Assembly: GCA_012026655.1 (NCBI GenBank) | Contig: JAAILG010000448.1 | Span: 1-64,000 of the forward strand | DNA: 64,000 nt | Origin: Hydrolagus affinis | Lineage: Eukaryota | Direction: 5' to 3' | Shown here: positions 11,493 to 24,578 of the stretch, in pieces | Layout: every line of letters begins with the position of its first letter | Position numbering within the stretch: the stretch's first letter is position 1 | Translations under genes and position numbers: made by a program | Notes under the pieces: model-generated | What the model was told of the DNA's origin: nothing | The model's database searches: none | The model's input: only the letters and a program-made list of their open reading frames with translations

Positions 11493-14400
11493 ACATTTCT
11501 CAGCTATCTGGACGTTAACTTGAGGTCCCAGGATATTTTTTTACCTTTGCATCTGCTCTGAATCTTCTCTTCCTCTCTTTAAAATCTACTCTACCTTCGC
11601 AGCTGAATGCCACAAACTCCATTTATCACACCAGTCTTTTGCTTGCTCCCATATTGCAATATTCTCAATCGTTTAATTAACTCCAAACTCCTGGTCAGGA
11701 AAATAGATGTGCTAATGTTTGCCAGAGACGTGAAGCTCCACAGGAATGAGTCTCCCTTAAACCTAAAGTATTGTCAAATGGGAACACATTTTTTGAGGTC
11801 ACCAATTTTCAGCAGGCAGTTTAAAATAATTTTCTTAGTTCAAATCCCACAAGACCTTCTGGAGGAAAAAAGGTGCAATAGGAGGAATCAAAATTTTTCC
11901 TTGAATAATCAGGGAAGGATAAATTATACTGAAATCTGAATGAATTGTATAATTAGGACAGCTTCTACTTACTATTCTACAGTTCTATTTACTTTCTTTC
12001 AAAGTTTGCATTGTGCATTGCAAAGTTGAAGACGTTAGAATTCATAGCTCTCAAGAATTTACACTGTTCAAAGCACCAGAAACATTTTTTAGGGTGGATT
12101 TTTCGTGGTCTTCTGACTGCATTTGATTAGGATTAATGTGAAAAGCTAAATGATAGTTGCTTGCACTTTTAGGCCTGAACCAGACTTTGTGGAGTAATCC
12201 ATGGATGAATAGGCTAACACAATGACACTCAGGCATGGCATTAATCTGCCCCTAATATTTATACCATATGTCATCTGATTCCTGACTATCAGCAGTGAGA
12301 TTTAATCCGATCAAAGGTGTTGCTGTAATTAAATTCATATTGCTGTGCTGAGAAAATACCAGCTCTGCAGCTATTTTAAAGAAATAAAGCCCTTGACTAA
12401 ATATTGCCAAATGTAAGGTGATCTTGGGAGTTTAATTCTGGATTAGAAGGCTTGTGGTAGTACTCGACAGCTGTTGCACACAGGCTATGTATGCATCTTT
12501 TAGACGCGCTTCCATCCACAATATTTGAAATCTAAATTTGTTGATAGGCAAATTTGTTGAAAAATATAAAATGTGATGTTTCTAACATGATTCCTTAGTA
12601 AGCCAACTGTTCCAAATACTAAACCTGCTACTGCTCAGTTTTGCAGTATGGTTTTCTCTGTGCCGTGCTATTTTACTCTGTGAAACAAAAATCACCGACT
12701 TGTACAGTAGATTTGATGAGATCATGCACTATTAGTTCTGCTCTGTATAAAACTATGGATTTCACAAAAAGCAAGTGTTCCATTTGGAGACTAAAATGAA
12801 GCATAAGATTGACAATGCTGAATGTAAAATGTTCCCAGTTACTTGGATTTTATTGATGCAGTGTTTTTCCTGCAATTTTCTGCACATTTGTCACCTTGAG
12901 CATGCAATAATCACCTCTGGTTAAACGTATGTTTTTAATAAAGGAAAGACAGTGAGTGTAAAGAATGTAAAGATTTTCATTGCGCTCAAGGGGTTCCTGC
13001 CACAATGTTCCTCTCTTGGTTATTTAATGCAGGGTTGATTTCCACTTTACATCAGAGTAGTACACTACAGGGAATAGATCAACACATTCCTTATGGTATG
13101 CACACACTGGTTGATTTTTTAAATATATGAATAGTTAATACAGAGTATTTGTCGTTTCTTTAATCAAAGTCACTGCACAACTCCGCTTTCAAATTAATTG
13201 AGTGTCTGGGACCTTTGGCACATAGTTCAAATAATTTTATTTTAAAAGGCACATTGCATACATATTAATACTTGTATTCATTTTTTTAAATTGAACTTGC
13301 TAACAGCCTTTTATTAACACACTGCTGCTAGGAGTGTGAGATCAATGATTCTTGCAAGTCTTTGAATTGCAAATTCAGCAGGATATCCAATATGTGGAGT
13401 CCAACTTTCTGCCATGGGGCAGCGAATTAGTGAAAAGCCTCTGAAATGCTTTCTTTTCGTCTTGAAACCATTTACAAAAGACTTTAATCTGCAACAAGAG
13501 AATGGCTTGTCTCCATTGTTTGTGTTTAAAAAAATTACAATAGATATAGTATGTCAAGTATTTGTTAAAGCATCTTGATATTTGCTATTTAAGTAGACTA
13601 CTGCATAGCACCCAAGTTTCAACCATGGTTTAAGACTCGTAAAATAATCTCACACATTTGGAATTTCCCCTTGAACCCCCAGAGCTGGAAGATGGAACGG
13701 TTTTGGGATTCATAGTTGCTTTTTTTAGGTAATGTGTCCAGAGTTAAAGGTGAATGAAATAACTTTAAAGCTGTAGTATTGTGTTATCTGTGTGCCGATA
13801 ATGTGTCTCTCGACTTGCAGGTTAGCTGCCGTGTGTTTTCTAGTTACAGTAGTACAGAACATTCTTGTTGCCAAAACACTGGAGGCACATATCAAATGTG
13901 TGGAGTTAGATTTTAAACATATTTTGGCTGGCATTGTGTTTACGTGGACAGATTTTTGTCCAATCGCATATTTATTGCTGTATTCCCGGAACATCCGGTA
14001 AATTTTCCCAAACTTGCAGATGTGCCATCAGCCTCCAGTCTTGGCGGTGTGAAAACACACCAACGTTTTCCCTACTTTTGGTTTGTGACGTTGACAAACA
14101 GCATTTCGAATGGCTTTACACTAGAAGTACATTTACGAATATCAAAAGCCACTCACAAAATAGCAGATTGCAAAAAGAATCTCGTATTCGATATCGTGCT
14201 TTTCACATCACGGTGACATTTTAACGCTTTTCACAGCATTTTGTAACCGTGTATATTGTGTGGGCCAATGTGCTTTCTTAAAACCATCCAATTTTTCAAA
14301 GCCGAAAAAGGGTGCAAACAGAAAAGTTACTGAACAAATGTTTTGCTAGATTACAATTTACATCCTAGCCAGAAAAATAGTCTGCAGTTGAAAACCCAAT

Positions 14401-15161
14401 TTGTTGCCAGATTAAACTTTAACGCCTGCCTTCACTGTCTGAACTTGTGGTTTAATAGCTATGAGCAGCAGAACGACTACTTATATATCTTTGTATGAGT
14501 GTATGTGCAGAGTTTTCCAAAATTAAGGAAGTAGTAATGACTAACTGCAGCACCGAGTGTCAATGGGAATAATGATTTATTACTCACAGTCACAAAATGT
14601 TATGTTAACACCTCGTTTTTTTTGCTCTTTTTATTCGGTGCAAAATTGATTCTATTCAGGTTCGTACAAAAGCTGCCGTTTCCTTCGTTGTTTGAAAATG
14701 CTCTGTCTTTATTTTTAAAAAAACGCCTGCTGACGTTTTTGCTCACACCTCTAAAAATTCTTAAGTCATGTTATACAACCGAGTGTTTGGTGTGTGAAAA
14801 ATCCCAGCAAAATATTCTTTCAATTTAATGTGGTCAATCTGGTTTTGTGATTGCACCCAGCGACTCTCAGCCCATTTCACTGCCAAGCCTTGTGTTTTTT
14901 TAGGATCACCCTAGTTACTTTCAGCTTGTAAAATTTACTTAAGATAGATAGAATTTATTGCTACTGACAGATTTGTACCATGTTTATATGATATAATACA
15001 ACTTAATCCTGACTGGGTGTTAGGCCGTTAGGCTATGAGAGGCTGCCCTGCGTGGAGGGTGTCATACAAGTGCTATATAAGTTGTTGTTGTCACAGAATA
15101 CTACTGTATATAAAAGGTCTTATATGATTATAAGAGGCTTTTGCAGAAAGTTATGGAAAAT

Positions 15162-15225
15162 GGGAATTGAACCCGGGTCTCTCACTTGTGAGGCGAGTGC
15201 TCTAACCACTGAGCCACAGGGCTCC
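15162..15225 (-). mobile_element. SINE tRNA-like head only
   Basis: Reverse complement GGAGCCCTGTGGCTCAGTGGTTAGAGCACTCGCCTCACAAGTGAGAGACCCGGGTTCAATTCCC. Confidence 0.75.
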
Positions 15226-15399
15226 ACCCACTGAGCTCCACGAGTGTGATAATATCACACGAAAGTGTGCTGTTCTCCTTTCTTTGGGAACTGATCCATT
15301 TCTACCAACACCCTTTCAAACATATGATTACCACAACAATGTACATTTTTATTGTGACTTTCGCATTGGGAGGACATTATGAAATTATGACATTATGAT

Positions 15400-15608
15400 A
15401 ATCCCTCAAAAACAGAACAGTAATAATTTGGTCACTCAATCTACGACTGTTTGTGGGACACTGCTGTGCGCAATTGGGGCTGCTGTGTTTCACCCACAAA
15501 TATACAGTCAATTCACTTTACAGTATATTCTGTGAAGCTCTTTGAGACGTCTAGAAGACATGAAAAGCGCTATATCAAATGCAAGGATTATGATTATTAT
15601 TATGATTA
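15400..15608 (+). mobile_element. Deu-core SINE, body and tail
   Basis: ACTGTTTGTGGGACACTGCTGTGCGCAATTGG... through AAAAGCGCTATATCAAATGCAAGGATTATGATTATTAT. Confidence 0.85.
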
Positions 15609-17699
15609 TCTCAAAACACTTCACAAGTGTGTTGGGGAAAGGTAGTCGAGAACATGGTCATGGTCAAAAAGTGAGGTCGCTGTGTGGGTAGGGGGATTGA
15701 AAGCAGAGAGGGAGGTGGATCCACAAGGATCCTAGGGAATTAGAACCGAATATTTAACTTTCATCCCTGCTGAATAACAAAGGGTAATCTTTGTTTGGAA
15801 ACTTGGAACAAAAGGAAGTAATGTATTGAATGAGAAAAAGATTCTTCCAACCAATTGAAATTTGGTTCAAACAAACCCTTTCTTGTTTTGTTGCTCCTTA
15901 TATTTTCAATATATGTTGAATGAAGCATTGGACTCTCTCAAATTATAAATCAGACTCTACAGTCACCCTTATCAAGCAGATAATGGCTGCCTCCATTTTC
16001 CTTCATAAACATCCATTTCCATTCGGGAGCAAAGCCTTTAACAAGTTATTCTGTCTTGAAGAGGGTATCTTCTGTTTGTAAATGTTATGGATTCTATCAA
16101 TTGCCTTATAATGGGGTTATATTGTAAGTAGCAGCACCTTCATTCTTTAAGAACCACAGAAACGTGTGAGTGCAATGTTTTATTTTATTCCCAGGCTACT
16201 GTGACCGTACAGTTGTACATTGTTGAAAATTCTGTTTTTTTTGAACATGTGTGAAAGAAAATAAAGCTGTATATTTTGAAAGCTGAAGAGGATTTTGAAT
16301 ATTCAAAAGAGCTAAATAAACTTTTATTAGTTGGAGGTCACTTTCCCACTGAGCAGTAAAAATAGGAAGAGCTGGTATTACTTCCACTAAATTCCAGTGC
16401 GTTTCGCAGTCACAACAAAACCCATTGGTACGCACCAGCTTTAAGAACTTGTGAGTTGGAATCAGGTTGAAGTCAGTTCACTTGCAAACAGCTGAGGTTG
16501 TCCACTGGAATCTGTTTGAAGCTGTTCCAGGTCAACTTCTGCAGGAACTGCAGGAACTAACAGGTCCTTTGCAAGAATAATGCATCCAAAAGTTTCTAAA
16601 ACTGAAAAGATGTCTCCCAGGTTACCATCAGTCCTCAAACACATTATTTTTAACGTTCCAATAACGTTTAATGGGTTTATTTTTGATGTGCCTTTAATTT
16701 TCTGCCTTTCCTTGTGTGCTCAGTGTAGCGGCTGAGATTGGTTAACTCAGCATAACCTAGGAATTGAATCTAGAACCTAACAGTGCATTCAGGCCAATTA
16801 TAACACCCTTAATGCTGTCCTGACTGAAATAATAATCCATGCATTTGATGTAGAGCCTATAACTTTGAAATCAGCTAATCCTTGGAACACTGAAGAGGCT
16901 TCTAACTGGAGTGATTTTTTTTGTTAAGATAAATTATTGTGCTTCTCATGGTAATTATTAGGAGAAGAAGCCTTGTTTGATATAAAAGGGAGTGTGTTCA
17001 AGATGCTGGTTTGCTAAGAAGTGACAGTAACATTAAAGATCCCATGACACTATTTGAAAAGAGAAAACAGCTCACCCTTCCAGTTAACAATGCTTCCAAT
17101 TTTTTAGTGTTTACCTCATGGCTGTTTGGGAGGCTTTACTGTTGCAAATAACTGCTGGTGCTCGACCAAAGAAACGGACATTACACCAACAGAAATTGCC
17201 TGTGTAGTGTCTTGAGACTTCTCGAAGTGACGCAACACAATTAGAATCCAACTCCTTGAAACATTTACTGTTTTTTGACAGCTAGGTGCACAATGTGGTA
17301 TTTATAGCAGCAAAATGTTGTAGATGTTTTTTTGCCAATACAATTCCCTGTGGCTGCTCATGAGGAAGAATGTTACCCATTTAGTTTCACAAATTTTGTG
17401 TCGGGCTAAAACGCTTTGCATTGCTGGGTGTAAGGCTCTTTGATGGAAATCTGCGGACCGAGTTCAGCAGTGAGCTTAAAGGTTGTGCACCTCTTTTATC
17501 ACATTTAAACTCAATCGGTAAATGTTATCAAATGTGCACGTAATTTATTTTTCTCCCTGTCCCACTGGGATGGTACTGAATATCTCCAAAAATCTACTTG
17601 AGTTCTTATCATGGGTCGAATTGTACAGGCTGGTACTAGAAATAAATACTTATATATATATATCTCGTTTTTTGATCACAATGTGAGTACATCTGGGCC

Positions 17700-17955
17700 C
17701 TTTCAAGTAACCATTAAAGATCCCATTGGCATGATTTGAAAAGAGAAGGAAGTTTCTCCTAGTGTCCTGGCCAGCAACCCCCAGATAAAATTGGTCACTC
17801 ACTTCACAGCTGTTTGTGGTACATTGTTGTGAATAAATTGGCTGCCACATTCATCCAAAAATGCACATTCCCTACACTTGAAAATCCTGTGAAGCACTTT
17901 GAGCTGTCTCGACGAAGTGATAAGGACCTATAAAAAATGCAAGGATTATTATTAT
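17700..17955 (+). mobile_element. Older Deu-core SINE subfamily
   Basis: TTAAAGATCCC..GGC..ATTTGAAAAGAGAAGGAAGTTTCTCCTAGTGTCCTGGCCA...GCTGTTTGTGG...AAATTGGCTGCC plus the shared tail. Confidence 0.75.
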
Positions 17956-18674
17956 AATACGTCTGCTTGTCGGTAGACATAGGCACTGACTACCCTTAAG
18001 TCATTACTTTTGAAGGGCTTTGAGATGTTTCAATATGCTGAGGCACTATAAAAATACAGGTCCGCTTCTTTCTAGATCACTGCTGAAAGCGAAATAACTA
18101 CATAATTTAAGAAGAGAATTTATGGGACGTTGTTGCTTTATGTTATTTAGATAAAATTCAGCATAAATATTCAATTTTTGATCCACTTTAAGACTTCATT
18201 GGTGTGACTAATAATTCAATTTTGATTGTGTGTGCGTGTCATATTTTATGTTTTCCTTTTGAAAAAAAATCTCTTTTGGATCATCGCAGTATACATATTG
18301 ATGATATTTAAACTCACATTTTGTTGTCTGAAACTAGCCAGAGAAAACATACTGAAACCAGATGTTGTAGAATACTTAACAATCAAGACATTTCGCAAAG
18401 ATAATTGGTTATAGTTAAATTCTTCTTTAACTCTTAAACAAATTTATCTACAAATTTATGGAATTGTACACTCATGTGATAACTTTGGATTTAAGATTGT
18501 ATTGTGTCATGCAGTCTCCGTTCTGCTTTTAGTACAAAATAAATAGGAAAATAAAGAAAATTGCAACTTTATTAGAAATAGCATTGAGGTGAAGATTTTC
18601 ATGTGTTCTAGCAGCATAAGCACAGTATGAAGGTAATTTAACATTTGTTGGAAATTATTTTTCTCAGTGAGTAT

Positions 18675-19036
18675 TAATAATAATAATCCTTGCATTTGAT
18701 ATAGCAGCCTATAACATCTTTGAGAAATTTCAAAGCGCTTCACAGAATATACTGTAAAGTGAATTGACCGTATATTTTGTGGGCGAACTGCAGCAGCGAA
18801 TTACACACGGCAGTGTCCCACGGACAGTTGTGGATTGAATGACCAATTTATTATTTTGTGGGGAGGAATTACCTCTGGAAAAGCAGTCCACCAATTGACT
18901 AACAATCGGGTGACTAGTATTGCTAGGTAAACAGATATGTGAATGAAAGAAACTCGCTCAAAGTTTGCCCTGCCGAGAATTGAATCCAGCTCTCTCGCTT
19001 GTGAGGCGAGCGCTCTAACCACTGAGCTACAGGACT
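18675..19036 (-). mobile_element. Full-length tRNA-derived Deu-core SINE (long subfamily)
   Basis: Head with A/B boxes, central TACTAGTCACCCGATTGTTAGTCAATTGG segment, Deu core and tail. Confidence 0.9.
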
Positions 19037-20544
19037 AATGTTCATGGACAGGAGCCAGGAGCCTGGGCCAAGTACCCATTCCCCCATATAATTTGCGTGA
19101 AACATTATTGCCCTTCGCTAATACCTATTTTGTCCTCCAGCCATTTGTGGAGTGATTCTGACATGGCCAGTGACAACTTTAATGCACTCTCTGTAAACAC
19201 TACATATGTGGTGGTTGGGAAGGAAAGATGTTGAACTGACAGGTGGAATTTCTCAGCAAGTGTATTGCTGCTTTATTCACAGTGATTAGTGAGTCATGAT
19301 GTTCAACTGCGCTAATTCTTGATACTTCTGCAGCAAGTAATTTACTGTAAGTTGTACTGTCAGCAACATCTGGCCCCACAGGAAATTATTGTCCAGCATT
19401 CACCACAAAAAGCTGTTTATGCCACTGCAAGTTAATGAAAGCTGGTTGTATAAGGACGTATTATGCCCAGGTTTTGTTTCTTTAAGTGGAGACATTCATT
19501 TCAGTCATTACATTGGTAAGGTATGTGTAACTTACAGAAAGCAGGCCTCCACTTTGTCCAAATGGAGATGATCGTTATCATGGGATTTGTAAGTGTACAA
19601 AGCAGATCTTTCATGCCACAGTTGTGAACTATCAGCCAGCTGCAAGATTTGAGCTCGGTCTAACAGTTGAGCAACTGTCTGTTCTTAATCATCAGTTCTT
19701 TTTATTTATTTCTGCCATTAAAAGTAAACTGTTGTTTGACAGCGCACCTCTATCGGGAAAATTGCATCTTGCCAGTGAGTGTAGGATTTGCTTAGCGTAG
19801 GCATTGTAATAATCGACTACAAAAATCTACATTTATCACAAAATACAGAAGGTGAAAGTTCTGAAATATGTGTGTGTGTGTGTGTGTTTCAACCTTTTTT
19901 TAAACCAACTAGCAATGTCTTGTGCTGGAATAGTTGACTCGCACTCAGGATGCCTAACTAACAGGCGAAATCTGCTACAACTGGATAATGAGCCTCAGTG
20001 GGTGAACTTTGGGAGCTGTTGCAGCCGTTTCTGATTCTACGTTCCCATAATGTCCGCATTCCAATAAAGAAACCCCCGCACAGCAAATAGGATCAGGAGC
20101 CTTGGCTAATTTCTCTCTCCAACCCCCTACAAATCCTGACACCTCCCAACCCCCCAACTAAACTGCTAACGCTACACAGATTGGGGTTCAAATCTCTGGC
20201 TTTCCTGTTCCGAATGAGTCAGTGTTAAATCATGTGATGGATGTATCCACTCAGTCGTTTGTTTTTGTTCCAAATATTTTTAAAGAGCAAAAGCGTTTTC
20301 CAGATTTTGATCATCGAGCTACAAGGAGAGCCATGTTTTGGCTTGGCCATCTGTTTTTTGGGGGAAAGACATGATCCAGATTTTAAAATAATAAACAGAA
20401 CAATCTGGATGCAAAGAAATGTTCTGCATACGTAGAACCAAGAAACTTGATTCTGAGCTAAAGATCATCACAGAGCATCTCCCATGTAGAGTGGTTAGCT
20501 TATGGAAATGTATTGTCAGGCAAGTACTGCTGACTCTCCTGTGC

Positions 20545-20850
20545 ACTGCTGGGGATGTTGTGGCATTGTTAGAGGTTCGGATAAGATGTTAAACCAAGGT
20601 CCAGGAGACATTAAAGATCTTGTGGCAACATTTGAAAAGTGAAGGAAGCTTTTCCAGGTGTTCTGGCCAACAATAAAATTGGCCGTTCACTTTATGGCTG
20701 TTTGTAGGGCAATACTTTGGGCAAATTGCCTGATCTGTTCACCTAAAAATACAGTTATTACACTTCAATTAAAATCCTGTGAAGCACTTTGAGGCATCTC
20801 GACAACATCTGACACTATATCAAATGCAAGAATTGTTATTATTATTATTA
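20545..20850 (+). mobile_element. Older Deu-core SINE subfamily
   Basis: GATAAGATGTTAAACCAAGGTCC...ATTAAAGATC...GGCTGTTTGTAGG... plus the shared tail. Confidence 0.7.
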
Positions 20851-21767
20851 TTCAGTTTCAGTATTCAAAGTAGAAATGGCCAATATTTTCATTCTGTAGC
20901 AGTTGTGGGTTTTGTGTCAGACCAGGAGTGAGATTAAACAAATAGAGGGGGCAGGTCACAAAGATGACTTTAGCAATGGGAAGTTATACACACTAACAGC
21001 GCTATCTTATATTGTGATCTTCATGTGATTTTAGTCCGAGTGGGTATTTCTGGGTTCAAGCTGCATTTATGACAATCCAGAAAAATATTGAAAGTGAACG
21101 AGGGGGGGAACATTTATAAACTAATCTAATACAAACCGAGGACAACTTGTGCATAAGTTGCATTGTTTTTGAGAAATAGGAAAACACTTAGAGGAAGGCT
21201 TGTTATAAATAACATGTATGGCTGATTTAAACAGTTAGAGGCAAGTCCTCTTAGTTTTAGGTAGAGTATCGGCTTTATCCTTCTCTATATTTTCACACAA
21301 TATGTGTAGTGTGAGAATTTCAATAGAACGCTGCTCCAAACTGTGTGCAACTAACAGCCTTTGTGATACAGACCCCTCTTTTGTTTGTTCAAACGAGCCC
21401 TTGTTATCCTTTCTCCTTTTTGAGATGAAGCATTTTAATGACTTCACCAAATGGTGTACATCTGCTTCCTGCAGCATAATATCTGCATTCATCTCTGGTT
21501 ACTAAACGTTCTCCTCATCTGAGGAGGTTTTTTTTAAAAAAAATCTTAAAACAGGAAGCCTTCGCGTAGAGAGGCCAAAATACCCTTTATTTGCCATGTG
21601 TTGACTTCAGTCCTGCCACAGTGTAATGTTACTTGCTTCTCTTGTCATCCGACAGTGCCTAGAATTCTGAAACACTGATTCACTTCAAAGCACATTACCG
21701 TTGTCTCAGTTTTAAGTCGAATTAGTTTCTGCAAAGCCTAATAACGTCATGAAAAGTTAAGGTAATA

Positions 21768-22510
21768 CAATAGAAGCCCGTTTATCCGTAACTCGATGCA
21801 CCGGCACTTCCGTATAACCGGCACGCCCAAACAAAAGTCCCCATTCAATAAACCGGAACTTATCCAGAACTATAGCAGTGGAGCATTTGTAAATGCATAA
21901 ATAATAACATAATAACAGAATATTGTATTGGTACTTATTGTTAAAACTACTCTCTTGAGCTTTTTACCTTTGCTGGTAGATGCTGCGCTTGAAGCCATGA
22001 TGCTGCGGTTGAGGTTTATAGTCCAGCGATTCTTTTTAAAATGTAGCACGCCAAGCGGGTGAAAAAAACAGAGCGCGTATGACTTTAAAGCCATACTAGT
22101 GGCAAGCCGATAACGCTGGCCAATAACCCACATTGTCGCGCAGGTGCAGTATTTCAGTTTGCCGCTAGTAGAGTCTAGAGCTTCGGCTTGCAGTAGTAAA
22201 GTCGCGCGACTTTAAAATCGCGCTGCCATTTTTTTCACCCGCTTGGTATCCTCCATTTAAAAAAGAATCGCTGGACTGTAAACCTCAATCAGTAAAGGTG
22301 ACAAGCGCAAGAGAGTTGTTTTAACAATAAGTACCAATATAATATTCTGTTATTATCTATTATTATTTAGTCTGGTGTGTATGGTGTGTGTTAAAAGAAC
22401 TTTAATTTTTTTGTAGTGGGTGTTCGGCCATGGGTCGCCCGAATATCCAGCAGGCGTTTTAACCGGCATTGGCCAGGTCCCGCGGGTGCCGGATAAACAG
22501 GCTTCTACTG
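21768..22510 (-). mobile_element. Tigger/pogo-like non-autonomous transposon with an internal inverted duplication
   Basis: TA|CAATAGAAGCCCGTTTATCCG ... CGGATAAACAGGCTTCTACTG|TA. Contains the peptide remnant MASSAASTSKGKKLKRVVLTI (minus strand, ATG at 21998), resembling a Tigger transposase N-terminus. Confidence 0.9.
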
Positions 22511-23744
22511 TAATTAGAATGAAAACTATCAAACCAAAGCCACTGAAATGAATTGCTATCATACCATAACAAATATCATACAATTGACAGGCTACTGAAG
22601 TGGTTACTTCAAGTTGTTTTATGGGTTTGGTCTCGTCTTCAAGAATAAAGGGATGTTTTACACATCTGCCATTTTTCCCATTGGGAAAAGTGTGAGAGAA
22701 CAGGGAAATGACTCTTGCCCTTTTATTTAGTCCGTTCCCACACACTTTATTTCCACGCACAATAGGCTTGCAGCTGATTCAAACTATTGCTTACATTCTT
22801 ATTTTCAGCATCTAGTTAAAAAAATTTCCTCAGCATTTTGGTCTCACCCTAACTTGGCTGATCTCACTAGCTGGGAAGTTGAGGGGGTCACTGTGGCCCA
22901 GACCTCTGTGGATGTGAAGAGCAGAAGGATAAGTATCTTGCCCTTTCACCTTCCTGTAACGTCATGACTGAGATCAGGAGTTTCCTATAGGGGACAATCG
23001 GAGCGAGACCTAACCTAACCCAAATACCGTCATCTGCTTTTGTTATGGCATTTTAATTCTCAATTGCAGTTACAGTATCAATTGTATATTAAAATGGTTC
23101 AAGAACAAGTTTCATGGGGTGTACAATGCTTTATTTCCCAGTTACTAACCAATTCCATACACTGACTGCATGGCTTTCTATCTATTTTACTGTTAATCAA
23201 TACTGAAATGATGACCAAACATTGCTCTTGTAGTTAATTCCTCTGACCCGCTCCAGTTTTAAATATCTGCAGACTTTACAAGCCTCCTGTCCCTTATTAC
23301 CCTCAGGCCTTCTGGATGTCTGTACTGTAACATTGGCTAGTGTCTAACAGGCTCTAATGCATTTCATTAGTACTAACTTTTTACAATTTGTAAGCTTGAT
23401 TGCATGTGTGCAAATTGGTGAAGACAGTATGGTTTAGGTTCCGACTCTTAAACTTGCACTGAAACAGTTGCACACACCTAACCTATATTGATAAAGCATT
23501 AAAAGCCTTATCGTTCCTGTATTTTTAAAGCTGTGCTGTCTACTGTTAGAAGATCATTATTACCCAAGTGAGAAGCTGATTGATTATAGTGGATAAGCAC
23601 TGATTATAGTACCTCGGGCAATGATGTGCAATCTCTCCAATAATGCTGTTGCGGTTTAATTTACTTAAAGTGTAAAATCCAAATAGTAGGCGATTCCTGA
23701 TACCAATATTCTTTAGAATCGTCAGTACATTTTAGTCGAGTATA

Positions 23745-23835
23745 ATTAGATTGCCTAGGGAGACAGTGGAAGCAGAAAATGTTGTTTGTTTTAAGAGCAA
23801 GTTAGATAGATTTCTGCTAGAAAATAATATCTCAC
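23745..23835 (+). mobile_element. CR1 LINE ORF2 C-terminal fragment
   Basis: Translates to LPRETVEAENVVCFKSKLDRFLLENNI, matching the CR1-type LPxxVVEAxxxxxFKxxLDxFL ending. Confidence 0.65.
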
Positions 23836-23897
23836 GATAGTGTATAGTTTGGGACAAGAAATGTCAAGTGACTGCCAGAATGGTGGAAGGTGAACTA

Positions 23898-24578
23898 CAG
23901 CAGCAACAACAAAATTACATTTATAGAGCGCCTTTTACGTCAGGAGGAAGTCTCAAGGCCCTGAACAGTCAGGTTGGGACCCGAGCAAGTGGGAGGGCAG
24001 GGCAGGGGTGGGAAGGGAGAGAGTTGGGAGGCAAGGGAGAGAGATGGGAGGGTGGCAGAAGAGACAATCGAAGAGGAGGGTCTCGAGACTGTCCTTGAAG
24101 GAGGCAAGGGGGGAAGCGAGGCAAAGGGATTGTAGGATGGAGTTCCAGAGTGGAGGGGCAGAGAGGGTGAAACCTGTCCGCCGACGGTAGAGCGGGTCGG
24201 GCGGGGGACATAGAGTAGACTGAAGCCCGTTGAACAGAGGGGGCGAGGAGGTTCATAGGGGGACAGCAGGTTGGAGAGGTTGGGGCGGCAAGGCCATGAA
24301 TGGCCTCGAAAGTGAGGACGAGGATCTTGAATTCGATCCTCTGGGGGATGGGGAGCCAATGGAGCCAGGCAAGGGTGGGAATGATATGGTCGTGGAGCCT
24401 GCTGCAGGAGAGGATACGAGATGCAGAGTTCTGGATGATCTGCAGCTTATGAAGGGAAGAGCCGGAAAAGCCCGACGAGGAGGGAGTTTCCATAGTTGAG
24501 CCTTTAGGTGACAAATGCATGGGCAAGGCTTTCAGCAGCCTGCGGGTCGAGGCAGTGGCGGAGTCTGGCAATGTTGCA
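23898..24578 (-). mobile_element. L2 LINE 3' fragment (degenerate ORF2 end plus 3' UTR)
   Basis: ORF 23969..24643 contains LHKLQIIQNSASRIL...HIIPTLAWLHWLPIPQRIEFKILVLTF (L2 signature). Ends in a stem-loop and (GTT)n tail. Confidence 0.9.

Noticed and set aside
16175-16260. Strong-looking acceptor TTTTATTTTATTCCCAG
   Set aside because: No downstream frame resembling SLC25A26 and no convincing donor; such motifs are common in long introns.
18960-19036. tRNA-Val-like genes (also at 15162, 34240, 43466, 63845)
   Set aside because: A and B boxes are present but the acceptor stem is incomplete, and most copies continue into a SINE body; these are SINE heads.
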